Assembly (NCBI GenBank): GCA_037441705.1
Contig: JBBIRR010000056.1
Coordinates: 1-22,111 of the forward strand
Reading direction: 5' to 3'
DNA length: 22,111 bases
From: Ignavibacteriales bacterium
Lineage (GTDB): Bacteria; Bacteroidota; Ignavibacteria; UBA10030; UBA6906
The notes beneath the pieces are model-generated. The model was not told the origin of the DNA and ran no database searches. It saw only the letters and a program-made list of their open reading frames with translations. This document shows, one piece after another, positions 8,489-17,408 of this stretch (position 1 is the stretch's first letter; each line of letters starts with the position of its first letter). A program made the translations under genes and the position numbers.

Positions 8489-9518
8489 GATACACGGGGG
8501 ATTCTTCTTTCACCGCTCGCACAAACGCCTGTGCATGTTCCACGGGCACATCCGGAAAAATACCGTGGCCGAGGTTGAATACGTGTCCCGACCCGCGCCC
8601 GAATTTTCGGAGGATCGCTTTCACCTCGTGGCGAATTACTTCCGGGGCGGCGTACAGCACGGACGGATCAAGATTTCCTTGAATCGCCACTTGATCACCA
8701 ATCATGCTGCGCGCCTCTGCCATATCGAAGGTCCAATCGATGCCCACGACGTCGGCTCCCACCGAGGCGATCTCTTTCAATGAATGGTTCGCCCCCTTGG
8801 AAAACACGATCACGGGTTGTCCGGCGCGATGCATCTTCGAGACAATCTGGTGAATGAAATCGAGGGAGAATTTCTTGTAATGATCGGGGGCAAGAATACC
8901 GCCCCACGTGTCGAAAATCTGAACCGCGTCTGCGCCGGCGGCAATTTGCGCTTCGAGGTACACGCGCACGGATTCTGCAAGCTTATGCAGCAATTGCTTC
9001 ATCATGTCGGGCATATCCAGCATCAGTCGTTTCGCATGTTTCCACTCGCGGCTGCCCGCACCTTCAATCATGTACGCCGCGAGTGTCCACGGCGAACCGG
9101 CGAACCCGATGAGCGGCACCCGGCCGCGCAGGAGACGTTTGGTCGTCTCAATTGCCTGCAAGACATACCGTAACGACTTCTCGGGATCGGGCACTTTCAA
9201 CGCATCGACCTGTTCGGGCGTTCGGATCGGGTCACGCAGCTGCGGACCTTTTTCTTCCACCATCTCCAACTTCATTCCCATCGCTTCCGGAATGACGAGA
9301 ATGTCGGAGAAAATGATTGCCGCATCGACGCCGACGATATCCACGGGCTGCACGGTTACTTCGGCAGCAAGCTCCGGTGTTTTGCACATCGTCAGAAAAT
9401 CCGCCTTGGCTCGGATGGCGCGGTATTCCGGCAAATACCGTCCGGCCTGACGCATCATCCACACCGGCGTCCGTTCCACACGCTGACGTTTGCAGGCTCT
9501 CAAGAACAGGTCACTCAT
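8481..9518 (-). CDS. hemE: Uroporphyrinogen decarboxylase
   Basis: PVWMMRQAGRYLPEY, DAAIIFSDIL, IGFAGSPWTLAAY, QGNLDP, FNLGHGI. Confidence 0.98.
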   Translation of the reverse strand: MSDLFLRACKRQRVERTPVWMMRQAGRYLPEYRAIRAKADFLTMCKTPELAAEVTVQPVDIVGVDAAIIFSDILVIPEAMGMKLEMVEEKGPQLRDPIRTPEQVDALKVPDPEKSLRYVLQAIETTKRLLRGRVPLIGFAGSPWTLAAYMIEGAGSREWKHAKRLMLDMPDMMKQLLHKLAESVRVYLEAQIAAGADAVQIFDTWGGILAPDHYKKFSLDFIHQIVSKMHRAGQPVIVFSKGANHSLKEIASVGADVVGIDWTFDMAEARSMIGDQVAIQGNLDPSVLYAAPEVIRHEVKAILRKFGRGSGHVFNLGHGIFPDVPVEHAQAFVRAVKEESPVYHE

Positions 9519-9588
9519 ACTCGTACGCTACTGGCTGATCCTTTGCAAATTGCTATTCGGCGCAAATGGGCGATCATTACCTTTGTTG

Positions 9589-9616
9589 ATTCGCGCCCCT
9601 TCGCGTAGATTCGCGG
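9589..9616. repeat. Three TTCGCG direct repeats with 10-bp period in the hemD-hemE spacer
   Basis: TTCGCG starts at 9590, 9600 and 9610 (ATTCGCGCCCCTTCGCGTAGATTCGCGG). Confidence 0.6.
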
Positions 9617-9638
9617 TTACATGCCAACTCGCCCAACG

Positions 9639-10409
9639 TCAGCTGCCGAAATATCGTTCGATCGCCTCCACCAATCCTGCAGACGTGGAATTGCTTGCTT
9701 CGATATCCACGGGAAAGCCCAGGCGTCGTACGGCGCTTCGCGTCGTCGGTCCGATGACGGCGATCTTTGCTTTGCCCCGGGCAAGCAGCGCAGGGGAAAC
9801 CACACGCGCAAAATTCACAGCCGCCGAAGGACTCATGAATGTAACCACGTCAAACTCATCTTTCAACACCCGCTGTCTCAGTCCCTCCAAAACGCTTGAT
9901 TCCGGCGGAGCATTTTTGTACACCACAACTGCATCCACGTTCGCCCCCAATTCCGTGAGCGTTTCTTCTAATTCTTCGCGTCCAAGATTCCCCTTCGGGA
10001 GTAAGACCTTCTTGCCCTTCCACACTTCACGTTGTAGCGCTGCTGCAAGCGCTTGTGCTGAGAATGCCTCGGGGACGAATTCTACATCCATGCCGTTCCG
10101 CCGCACCTCGTCCGCCGTCTTTTCGCCCACCGCATAACATTTGGTTTTCGTCCGGAATGCCGGATTCACCCCCGTGCTGTGCCAGCGTTCACAGAATTTT
10201 CTGACGCTGTTTGCACTTGTAAACATCACCGCATCATAAGAAGCGATGTTGCGGAGTGCCTCGTCGCATTGTGTCCAATCGTCGGGATCGGTAATGCGCA
10301 GGAGCGGAATGACAACGACCGTTGCCCCGCGTCTGACAAGCTCCGCGGCAAACTCAGTTGCCTGCTCTTGGGGGCGTGTGACGAGGACTGTCTTTCTTTC
10401 AAGGCTCAT
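9639..10409 (-). CDS. hemD: Uroporphyrinogen-III synthase
   Basis: VLVTRP, FTSANSV, AVGEKTA, VVVY, FMSPSAA, IGPTT; position after hemC. Confidence 0.95.
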   Translation of the reverse strand: MSLERKTVLVTRPQEQATEFAAELVRRGATVVVIPLLRITDPDDWTQCDEALRNIASYDAVMFTSANSVRKFCERWHSTGVNPAFRTKTKCYAVGEKTADEVRRNGMDVEFVPEAFSAQALAAALQREVWKGKKVLLPKGNLGREELEETLTELGANVDAVVVYKNAPPESSVLEGLRQRVLKDEFDVVTFMSPSAAVNFARVVSPALLARGKAKIAVIGPTTRSAVRRLGFPVDIEASNSTSAGLVEAIERYFGS

Positions 10410-10453
10410 TGCTCAGCATGACGGAGAGTTGTGACCGGACGTGATATGCGGAG

Positions 10454-11428
10454 CTATGCGTCGACATTCTCGTGAAGCCCGAACCTTCTGATCTGTTCTA
10501 GAATGTCGGCCGCGCCGTTCTGCAGAAGTATTCGGGCAAGCTCTTGTCCGATCTGCTCTGCCTCCGATGGCTTCCCCGACAGGCTTCCGCGTACGATCGT
10601 TTTTCCATCAAGTGACCCGACAATGGCATCAAGTTTCAATACCTCAATCCCGTCTTGCGTCTCGATGCGTCCGTGCGTTCCGATGGGAATCTGACAACCT
10701 CCCTCCAATCTTCGGAGCAAAGCCCGCTCAGCACGTGTTGTAGAGGCAGTCCTCTCATGATGCAGCAGGCTCACCAGGCGCGCCGTCCGCTCGTCGTCGC
10801 TGCGAATCTCGATGCCGAGCGCGCCCTGACCGACCGCGGGTAGAATTGTCTCCGGTGCAAGTGTCTCGCCGATACGATCAGTCCAGCCCAGCCGAACAAC
10901 GCCAGCACGTGCCAGCAGCATGCCTGCCCAGCCGCTTTCATCGAGTTTCTTGAAACGCGTATTCAGGTTGCCGCGAAGATCGACGATCTGGAAATCGGGA
11001 CGGAGATGGAGAAGCTGGCACCTGCGGCGCAGACTGCCCGTCGCAATTGTGGCCCCCTGCGGCTGATCAAGCAGCGTTCGTATGCTGTTGTGAGGATGAG
11101 GGATGAAGACATCCCGTACATCTTCCCGCGAACAGACGGCGCCCAACACGAGGCCCTGAGGCAGAACCGTAGGCAAGTCCTTGAGGCTGTGCACGGCGAG
11201 GTCGATCTGTTTCGAGAGCAAGGCGGACTCGATCTCGCGGGTGAAGATGCCTTTGTCGCCGATCTTCGAGAGCGGCGCGTCCAGGATCCTGTCTCCGGTC
11301 GTTTTGATGACCTCGATGGTGATTTCCAGATCGGGGACGTGTCGGCGCAGCTCTTCTTGCACCCACCGCGCCTGCCACAGTGCGAGTTCGCTCCCTCTGC
11401 TTCCGATGACAAGCCGCGCGTTGCTCAT
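10454..11428 (-). CDS. hemC: Hydroxymethylbilane synthase (porphobilinogen deaminase)
   Basis: IGSRGSELALWQ, KGIFTREIE, AVHSLKDLP, TGSLRR, RGNLNTR, PAVGQGAL, LEGGCQIPI (cofactor Cys). Confidence 0.98.
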   Translation of the reverse strand: MSNARLVIGSRGSELALWQARWVQEELRRHVPDLEITIEVIKTTGDRILDAPLSKIGDKGIFTREIESALLSKQIDLAVHSLKDLPTVLPQGLVLGAVCSREDVRDVFIPHPHNSIRTLLDQPQGATIATGSLRRRCQLLHLRPDFQIVDLRGNLNTRFKKLDESGWAGMLLARAGVVRLGWTDRIGETLAPETILPAVGQGALGIEIRSDDERTARLVSLLHHERTASTTRAERALLRRLEGGCQIPIGTHGRIETQDGIEVLKLDAIVGSLDGKTIVRGSLSGKPSEAEQIGQELARILLQNGAADILEQIRRFGLHENVDA

Positions 11429-12714
11429 GAAGGTTTCTGCATGCCGATCCCGAACAATTCGCGCAACGCCTTGATGCGGTTCACCGTCTCCGACTCACGC
11501 GCGCCGTTGTTTGTCCCGTTCCGCAGATTGGTGATGGGTTGATGAAGAATCTTGTTGACAATCCGTTTCGTCACTAACTCCACCAACTCACGATCTTCCG
11601 GTTTGAAACGATTGATGTTCTTCTCGACCTCCTGCTGGCGAATCGCTTCCAGTGCCTCCGTCAGCTCGTGAATCGTGGGTCCCACCTGCAGCGAGTTGTG
11701 CCATTTGAAGAACTCCAGCATTTCTTCGCGGATGATGGTCGTGACTTTGGGAATCTCCGCCTTCCGCCGTTCGATATTCCTGTCGACTACGGCGCTGAGC
11801 GAGTCCATGTCGTACACGAACACATTCTCGACTCGATTACACGACGGGTCAACATTGCGCGGCACACCGATATCAATGATGAAGAGAGGATTGTTCGAGC
11901 GCTGCTTCATGACCTTCTGGACATGCGACGGCTGGACGACATAGGAAGGGCTGTTCACTGATGTAATGACGATGTCTGCCGTTCGGATTGCCTCGTTCAG
12001 CACGTCGTAATCGACTACTTCTCCGTTCACCTCGAGTTTTGCCATCAGGGCTTCAGCGTGTGACCGCGTGCGGTTGGCGATCTTCACCGTCCCGATTCCT
12101 TTCGCCAGCAAATGCTTCAGCGTCAACTCACCCGTCTCGCCCGCGCCGATGAGCAGCACCGACTTCTTCGAGAGATCGGCAAAGATTTTCGTTGCCAGCT
12201 CCACAGCCGCATAGCTGACCGAGACCGCCCCTTCGCAGATCGCCGTTTCCGTTCGCACCCGTTTTCCCACGTGCATCGTTGCCTGCATCAGTCGATTCAT
12301 GATCGGGCCGAGCATACCCACCTGTCCCGCGAGAGTAAACGCTTCTTTCACTTGATTGAGAATCTGAATGTCGCCAATCACCAGCGAATCAACACCAGCA
12401 GCTACCTTGAACAGATGGTTCACCGCGCCGCCCGAAAAGCGCCCATAGAAATGCTCAGGCCTGACGGCCCCGTTCACCTTCTTGAAATCAATGAGGAACT
12501 GTTTGAATACCGCGTCATCAACTTGCGTATCGGGCGTGATGCCGTACAATTCTGTCCTGTTACATGTTGAAACGAGCATCGCCTCATCGAAGTACTTCTC
12601 CTTCAGCCGGAGCAGCGCTTCTTTGATCTCGTCGGCGGACATCCACACTTTTTCGCGAATCTCCAGCGGAGCCGATGTATGACTAATGCCTATGCAGAGA
12701 AGGTTCATGCTCAT
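11425..12714 (-). CDS. hemA: Glutamyl-tRNA reductase
   Basis: STCNRTE catalytic motif, HLFKVAAGVDSLVIG..QIL.QVK, VSVSYAAV, IGAGETG, DIGVPRN. Confidence 0.98.
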   Translation of the reverse strand: MSMNLLCIGISHTSAPLEIREKVWMSADEIKEALLRLKEKYFDEAMLVSTCNRTELYGITPDTQVDDAVFKQFLIDFKKVNGAVRPEHFYGRFSGGAVNHLFKVAAGVDSLVIGDIQILNQVKEAFTLAGQVGMLGPIMNRLMQATMHVGKRVRTETAICEGAVSVSYAAVELATKIFADLSKKSVLLIGAGETGELTLKHLLAKGIGTVKIANRTRSHAEALMAKLEVNGEVVDYDVLNEAIRTADIVITSVNSPSYVVQPSHVQKVMKQRSNNPLFIIDIGVPRNVDPSCNRVENVFVYDMDSLSAVVDRNIERRKAEIPKVTTIIREEMLEFFKWHNSLQVGPTIHELTEALEAIRQQEVEKNINRFKPEDRELVELVTKRIVNKILHQPITNLRNGTNNGARESETVNRIKALRELFGIGMQKPS

Positions 12715-12747
12715 ACGCGCAACAACTCGACGAAGTGCCCTTCATTC

Positions 12748-13620
12748 TCAGTAGAATGTGTGAAAACCGCTCAGGTACACGTTTATCACCGTCATCGAAA
12801 GAAAGACGATGCCGAACGCGATCAGCGAAAGGATCATCATTCTTCGACCTTGCCATCCTAACGCTCGCTTGGCCGCCAGGCTGATGGCGTACAACACCCA
12901 GATGCTAATCGTTCCGACCAATTTCGGATCCCAGTACGAGAACTCCTCGAACGCCCGCGGCAGCCACACGAGGCCCACAACAATCGCAACACTCAGCATG
13001 ATGAATCCAAAGACTTCTGCCCTGCTGCTCATGCGCTCCAACATCTCGAGATTCGGCAACCGACTGTAGATCACGCCGAAACGCGACGATTTGATTTCGT
13101 GATACAACATCAAATACAAGAACCCGAACACCGCCGAAAGAGAAATCGCCGTATACCCTAAGAGCGCCGCCGACACATGCAGCCCCAGCAGTCTGCTCCG
13201 AAGCACAGCAGCGATCTCTGTCAAGTCCTTGATGTAAAGTGATGAGACGGTTTGGAAGATAAAAGCAAGACCAAGAATGAACATGCCGGTGTTTCCTGCT
13301 TGACCGGCAGCGCCGATTGGCCCCTCGACAGAGAGGCTCGCCTTCGTGCGCAGTTCGATATAAGCGTAGGCGATGGCGATACACGCGGCAAGCATCGTCA
13401 TGATTTCATAGATCGTGGTAATGGGCGGATGATCGAAGGCCGCCGTACGGATGCCGATGTATGAAATGTGGAGGAGAACCGTTACAAGCAGGAGGGGCGT
13501 CTTCCAACGCTCGATGCGCGGCGCACTCGTGAAGAACGCAATGGCATACGCCGTTACTAACAACCCGTAAAGCACGGGCATTCCAACCACAAATACGTCA
13601 ACGAGCGTTACCAATTCCAT
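12748..13620 (-). CDS. CcsA-family/HemX-like polytopic membrane protein (cytochrome c assembly family)
   Basis: About 8 hydrophobic segments, LHVSAALLGY, SRLPNLEMLE, a reduced WWD motif (SYWDPK), C-terminal GFHTF; directly upstream of hemA. Confidence 0.85.
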   Translation of the reverse strand: MELVTLVDVFVVGMPVLYGLLVTAYAIAFFTSAPRIERWKTPLLLVTVLLHISYIGIRTAAFDHPPITTIYEIMTMLAACIAIAYAYIELRTKASLSVEGPIGAAGQAGNTGMFILGLAFIFQTVSSLYIKDLTEIAAVLRSRLLGLHVSAALLGYTAISLSAVFGFLYLMLYHEIKSSRFGVIYSRLPNLEMLERMSSRAEVFGFIMLSVAIVVGLVWLPRAFEEFSYWDPKLVGTISIWVLYAISLAAKRALGWQGRRMMILSLIAFGIVFLSMTVINVYLSGFHTFY

Positions 13621-13651
13621 ACGTTGGGGATGAACTTGTTGGAGCTTCGAA

Positions 13652-13702
13652 AATATATGAAAAACCCGCTGAAATCAGAAATTCTACTGTTGGGAATGTC
13701 AA
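13652..13702 (-). promoter_or_regulatory. Putative promoter region of the heme cluster
   Basis: TTCTGA-N17-TATATT at 13680-13652. An additional TTGACA at 13702-13697 lies inside the imperfect palindrome ATGT-TG-ACAT. Confidence 0.4.
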
Positions 13703-13748
13703 CATCCATGCCGAGGAAGACAGGAGGAGAGTCTGGCGCAAACGCGTG

Positions 13749-13785
13749 AAAAAAGAGAGAAGGAAGAACGCAGGTCCTCTCTCTT
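13749..13785 (-). terminator. Probable intrinsic terminator after the acs block
   Basis: Minus strand AAGAGAGAGGA-cctgcgttct-TCCTTCTCTCTT-TTTT: bulged stem plus U-run, 24 bp after the stop at 13809. Confidence 0.55.
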
Positions 13786-13808
13786 GTCAGATTCAAGAAT
13801 GGGAGCTT

Positions 13809-14222
13809 TCAAGAATTGGAATGCGACCCAAAGCGGCTCTTCACAATCTTGCTGCCTGCGACACTCAACGCGCCAATGAAAGCACCGTAGAGAAGTCCGA
13901 TGAACGGTCCGACGAGAAGCACGAACACACGCGGACTGATCCCACCCGCGTCGACGAATGCCCTGGCGGTTGTTGGGTTATTCGAGATGTACGTCTGGAA
14001 GAACAGAAACTGCAGAGCCGAGTTGGCGACGCCCATCAGAACTCCTGAGCACAAACCGTGAGCAAACACTCGTGCCTGCACATTTCTCACAATCCAGTAC
14101 GAAGCAAACACAGCGATGACGACCCACAGGAGCAGTTCGATGTGTTCAGTGAAGCCGAACACGGATGCGATGCCCATGAGCACGCCAACGCCTGCGAGCA
14201 TTAGAATCGTCTTCCATTGCAT
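13809..14222 (-). CDS. Hypothetical membrane protein (about 4 TM)
   Basis: 137 aa with four hydrophobic Gly-rich segments; AAGGAG upstream. Confidence 0.8.
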   Translation of the reverse strand: MQWKTILMLAGVGVLMGIASVFGFTEHIELLLWVVIAVFASYWIVRNVQARVFAHGLCSGVLMGVANSALQFLFFQTYISNNPTTARAFVDAGGISPRVFVLLVGPFIGLLYGAFIGALSVAGSKIVKSRFGSHSNS

Positions 14223-14272
14223 TGCCTGAGATCTCCTTCAGGTAGCAAATACAATGAACGTTTCCCAGACGT

Positions 14273-14518
14273 TCATGGGTTCATCAATAACGTTCTGATC
14301 TGTTGCAATTCATCTTTGTAATTCGAAGATGAGATGAACTGCTTCCCTGCCCGCGCATACCAGTAGCGACTGTTTGCTTCGTCGCCTTCGATCTTATGAA
14401 GCACGGCGTGAATCCAGCAGGCGTACGGGTCCTGGTAGTTCTGCACAGTCCGATGCGCCCTGTCCCATTGATCATTCAACGCAAGTTCTATCGCCGTTAG
14501 CAGGTCAGTTCTATTCAT
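14273..14518 (-). CDS. Small conserved hypothetical protein
   Basis: WDRAH..VQ....ACWIHAVLHKIEGD..N..YWY.RAG resembles a widespread uncharacterised family (from memory). Confidence 0.8.
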   Translation of the reverse strand: MNRTDLLTAIELALNDQWDRAHRTVQNYQDPYACWIHAVLHKIEGDEANSRYWYARAGKQFISSSNYKDELQQIRTLLMNP

Positions 14519-14532
14519 AGGGAATCAGAGAG

Positions 14533-14572
14533 ATCACCACTCCATCACCCCATCACTCCACCACTCCATCAC
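14533..14572. repeat. Second copy of the octamer array (one arm only)
   Basis: TCCATCAC CCCATCAC TCCACCAC TCCATCAC (14541-14572), just after the acs stop. Confidence 0.8.
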
Positions 14573-14590
14573 GCTCCTCTCCTCACTCAC

Positions 14591-16483
14591 CTACTCCTCC
14601 AGCGTCGTAATATTGCCGGGATCCATGCCGAGCGCACGCGCCTTGAGAACTCGCCGCATGATCTTGCCGCTGCGCGTTTTCGGCAGAGAGTCAACGATGT
14701 CGATCTTCTCCGGCTTGGCGATCGGTCCAAGCTCCTTCGCAACATGCTGGCGCAGTTCTTCAACTAATCCATCACCCCGTTGGACGCCCGCCTTGAGCAG
14801 TACATAGGCGTGGATAGCATTCCCTTTTACTTCGTGCGGTAGTCCAATCGCCGCGGCTTCGGCGACGGCCGGATGACTGACGAGCGCACTTTCTATCTCG
14901 GCGGTGCCGAGACGATAGCCCGATACTTTGATGACATCATCGACGCGGCCGATGATCCAGTAGTACCCATCTTCATCTCGCTTTGCGGAGTCGCCCGTGA
15001 GATACACGCCGGGAAATCTGCTCCAGTACTGCTGGACGTAGCGCTCGGGATCGTTGTACAGCGTGCGCAGCATTGCCGGCCATGGAGTCTTGATGACGAG
15101 ATAGCCTTCCTCATTCGGACCGACCGGCTTGCCGTTCTCGTCGAGAATATCCATCTTCAGCCCGGGGAATGGTCGCGTTCCCGAGCCGGGCTTGAGCGGC
15201 ACACACGGCATCGGTGTAATCATGAACATGCCTGTCTCCGTTTGCCACCACGTGTCCATGATCGGGCAGCGCCCCTTGCCGATCACGCGATGATACCACT
15301 TCCATGCTTCGGGATTGATCGGCTCGCCCACCGAACCGAGCAGGCGCAGCGACGAGAGGTCGTGACGATTGGGCCATGCTTCGCCGTAGCGCATGAGACC
15401 GCGAATGGCCGTCGGGGCAGTGTAGAGAATGTTGATGCCGTACTTCTCGATCATCTGCCACCACCGATTGGGGTAGGGATAATTCGGCGCGCCTTCGTAA
15501 AGAAAGGACGTCGTCCCGTTCAACAACGGACCGTACACGATGTAGCTGTGGCCCGTTATCCATCCGGGATCGGCAGCACACCAATAGCGATCTTCTTCAT
15601 GGATGTCGAACACATACTTCAATGTCGTGTACGTTCCCACCATGTAGCCGCCGTGTGTGTGCAGGATCGCCTTCGGCTTGCCCGTCGTGCCGGAAGTGTA
15701 GAGCATGAAGAGCGGATCTTCTGCATCCATCACTTCGATCTGGCATGAGCCGTTGGCAATGGGCAGCGCCATCAACTCGTGATACCACATGTCACGACCC
15801 TGTTCCATATTCACCGGTTCGCCTGTGCGTTTGACGACCAGAACGCATTCGATCGTGCCGGTGCGCTGCAGTGCTTCATCAACAATCTGCTTGAGCGGAA
15901 CGACTTTGCCGCGCTGGAACGCGCCATCACACGTCACAAGGACTCTGCTCTGACTGTCGTCAATCCGCTCGGCGAGAGCCTCGACCGTAAACCCTCCGTA
16001 CACCACGGAATGGATAGCGCCGATGCGTGCGCATGCCAGCATCGCGATCGGCAGTTCCGGAACGCGGCCCATGTAGATCGTCACCCGGTCGCCTTTCTTC
16101 ACGCCTAAACTCTTCAGGACGTTCGCAAAGCGGCAGACCTCGCGACGGAGGGCGAAGTAGGAGAACGAACGAAACTCCCCGTTCTCGCCTTCCCACAACA
16201 ATGCAAGCTTATTGCGACGCGCCGTCTCCGCGTGCCGGTCGAGACAGTTGTACACAATGTTGACTCTCGCTCCGACAAACCACTTGTAGAACGGCTTGTT
16301 CGAATCATCCAACACCTTGTCCCAGTGCTTGTACCAGTGAAGCTCGTTCGCCTCTTTCGCCCAGAAGCCTTCGAGGTCACGCTCCGCTTCCTCGCGCATC
16401 CTCTCCCAATCTTTCACATGCGCGTGTCGAAGAACCTCTTCGTTGGGATAAAACACTTCGCCGGAGAGAGTCTTGCCTGCCAT
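14591..16483 (-). CDS. acs: Acetyl-CoA synthetase (AMP-forming)
   Basis: [59 protein letters not shown]. Confidence 0.97.
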   Translation of the reverse strand: MAGKTLSGEVFYPNEEVLRHAHVKDWERMREEAERDLEGFWAKEANELHWYKHWDKVLDDSNKPFYKWFVGARVNIVYNCLDRHAETARRNKLALLWEGENGEFRSFSYFALRREVCRFANVLKSLGVKKGDRVTIYMGRVPELPIAMLACARIGAIHSVVYGGFTVEALAERIDDSQSRVLVTCDGAFQRGKVVPLKQIVDEALQRTGTIECVLVVKRTGEPVNMEQGRDMWYHELMALPIANGSCQIEVMDAEDPLFMLYTSGTTGKPKAILHTHGGYMVGTYTTLKYVFDIHEEDRYWCAADPGWITGHSYIVYGPLLNGTTSFLYEGAPNYPYPNRWWQMIEKYGINILYTAPTAIRGLMRYGEAWPNRHDLSSLRLLGSVGEPINPEAWKWYHRVIGKGRCPIMDTWWQTETGMFMITPMPCVPLKPGSGTRPFPGLKMDILDENGKPVGPNEEGYLVIKTPWPAMLRTLYNDPERYVQQYWSRFPGVYLTGDSAKRDEDGYYWIIGRVDDVIKVSGYRLGTAEIESALVSHPAVAEAAAIGLPHEVKGNAIHAYVLLKAGVQRGDGLVEELRQHVAKELGPIAKPEKIDIVDSLPKTRSGKIMRRVLKARALGMDPGNITTLEE

Positions 16484-16574
16484 ATTGCGATTCCCTTTTG
16501 ATGTGACATGTTGATGATGATGTTGAACTGATTCTTCGCGAGTGGATACAAGCTATGGGGAGAGTTGCGGGAGT

Positions 16575-16603
16575 AATATTGAAAACGCGTGAGAGAGATG
16601 CAA
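16575..16603 (-). promoter_or_regulatory. Possible acs promoter
   Basis: TTGCAT-N17-AATATT, about 90 bp upstream of the ATG. Confidence 0.35.
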
Positions 16604-16707
16604 GGGGAGAGAGCGACTTCCAGGGACCAACGCGAAAGGACGTGTGCAGGTCCGGAGGGGCGTGTACGTTCCTGAAAGGTTCCCTTCGCAGCAGGAAATG
16701 GCGCGGC

Positions 16708-16962
16708 TTATGAGGCCTCGACAAGGGTTGGCTCGGAAAGCTCCGGGATTCGTACGCGAAACACCACAAATCTCCTTCCCGCTCTTTTGCACTCCTCCAC
16801 AATCTGCTCATTAACCTTGAGGAGTTCAGGATCGTTCTCAGGTAAGATGATAAGTTGAGCGTCGCGAGGAATCCTATCAAGCACCTCAGGATGCTCAAAA
16901 GCATAGCGGTGGAAGTATTCCAACAACTCAAGGTTTTTTCGAGTGATGAGTTCCTTAGTCAT
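16708..16962 (-). CDS. Small hypothetical protein, 84 aa (DUF5647-like from memory); possible antitoxin
   Basis: MTKELITRKNLELLEYFHRYAFEHPEVLDRIP.DAQLIILPENDPEL...N. ATG 16962 overlaps the upstream stop by 8 bp and follows GAAAGGGGG. Confidence 0.75.
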   Translation of the reverse strand: MTKELITRKNLELLEYFHRYAFEHPEVLDRIPRDAQLIILPENDPELLKVNEQIVEECKRAGRRFVVFRVRIPELSEPTLVEAS

Positions 16963-17278
16963 TAACTTGCCCCCTTTCAAATTTATCCCTATAATGCTGC
17001 CACAACAGCTTGATATCATTAACGGCAAATGTGAAGGCCTCATTGAAGTCGCTAATGGGCAACACTTGCTTGACAGTTTGCTTACCCATAAAGAATACAT
17101 CGCGATGTGCAAATCCATGTGCAGTGTCATATCTAACAATTGGTACCCACCGACCCTGGATCCTCGCCTCGTATTGAACGACAAATTGTTCGACAGTTCC
17201 TTTCTCAACAGCAGCTTCAACTCTTAATCTATCCTCTTCTCCAGGAGAAAGCGCAAACACGTAAGCGATTTCCTTCAA
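16955..17278 (-). CDS. Small hypothetical protein with an RYDxxHxxxH motif (DUF7718/TumE-like from memory); possible toxin
   Basis: FVVQYEARIQGRWVPIVRYDTAHGFAHRD; TTG start; coupled to the downstream gene. Confidence 0.75.
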   Translation of the reverse strand: MKEIAYVFALSPGEEDRLRVEAAVEKGTVEQFVVQYEARIQGRWVPIVRYDTAHGFAHRDVFFMGKQTVKQVLPISDFNEAFTFAVNDIKLLWQHYRDKFERGQVND

Positions 17279-17305
17279 GAGACGCTCTCAACGGATTACC
17301 CAGAC

Positions 17306-17334
17306 AAGTTATCAATTGAACCTCCTAAAGTCAA
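17306..17334 (-). promoter_or_regulatory. Promoter of the two-gene pair
   Basis: TTGACT-N17-TAACTT; the palindrome TCAATTGA (17312-17319) abuts the -10. Confidence 0.6.
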
Positions 17335-17408
17335 ACCCCGAATGTGTACTGCGTGAGCGTCAAAATGGGTTGGCCGAGGTACTCTCTTGGCTTCGCGACA
17401 AGGGCTTG

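Noticed and set aside
16498-16528. TTGATGTGACATGTTGATGATGATGTTGA as a CRP/FNR site; recurring ATGTTGA in several spacers
   Set aside because: Only half-sites without a correctly spaced partner; the 7-mer also occurs in coding DNA and may be chance
16963-17220. N-terminal extension giving the 170-aa ORF 16708-17220
   Set aside because: It overlaps the better-supported 16955-17278 gene; ATG 16962 with RBS and coupling is the more likely start
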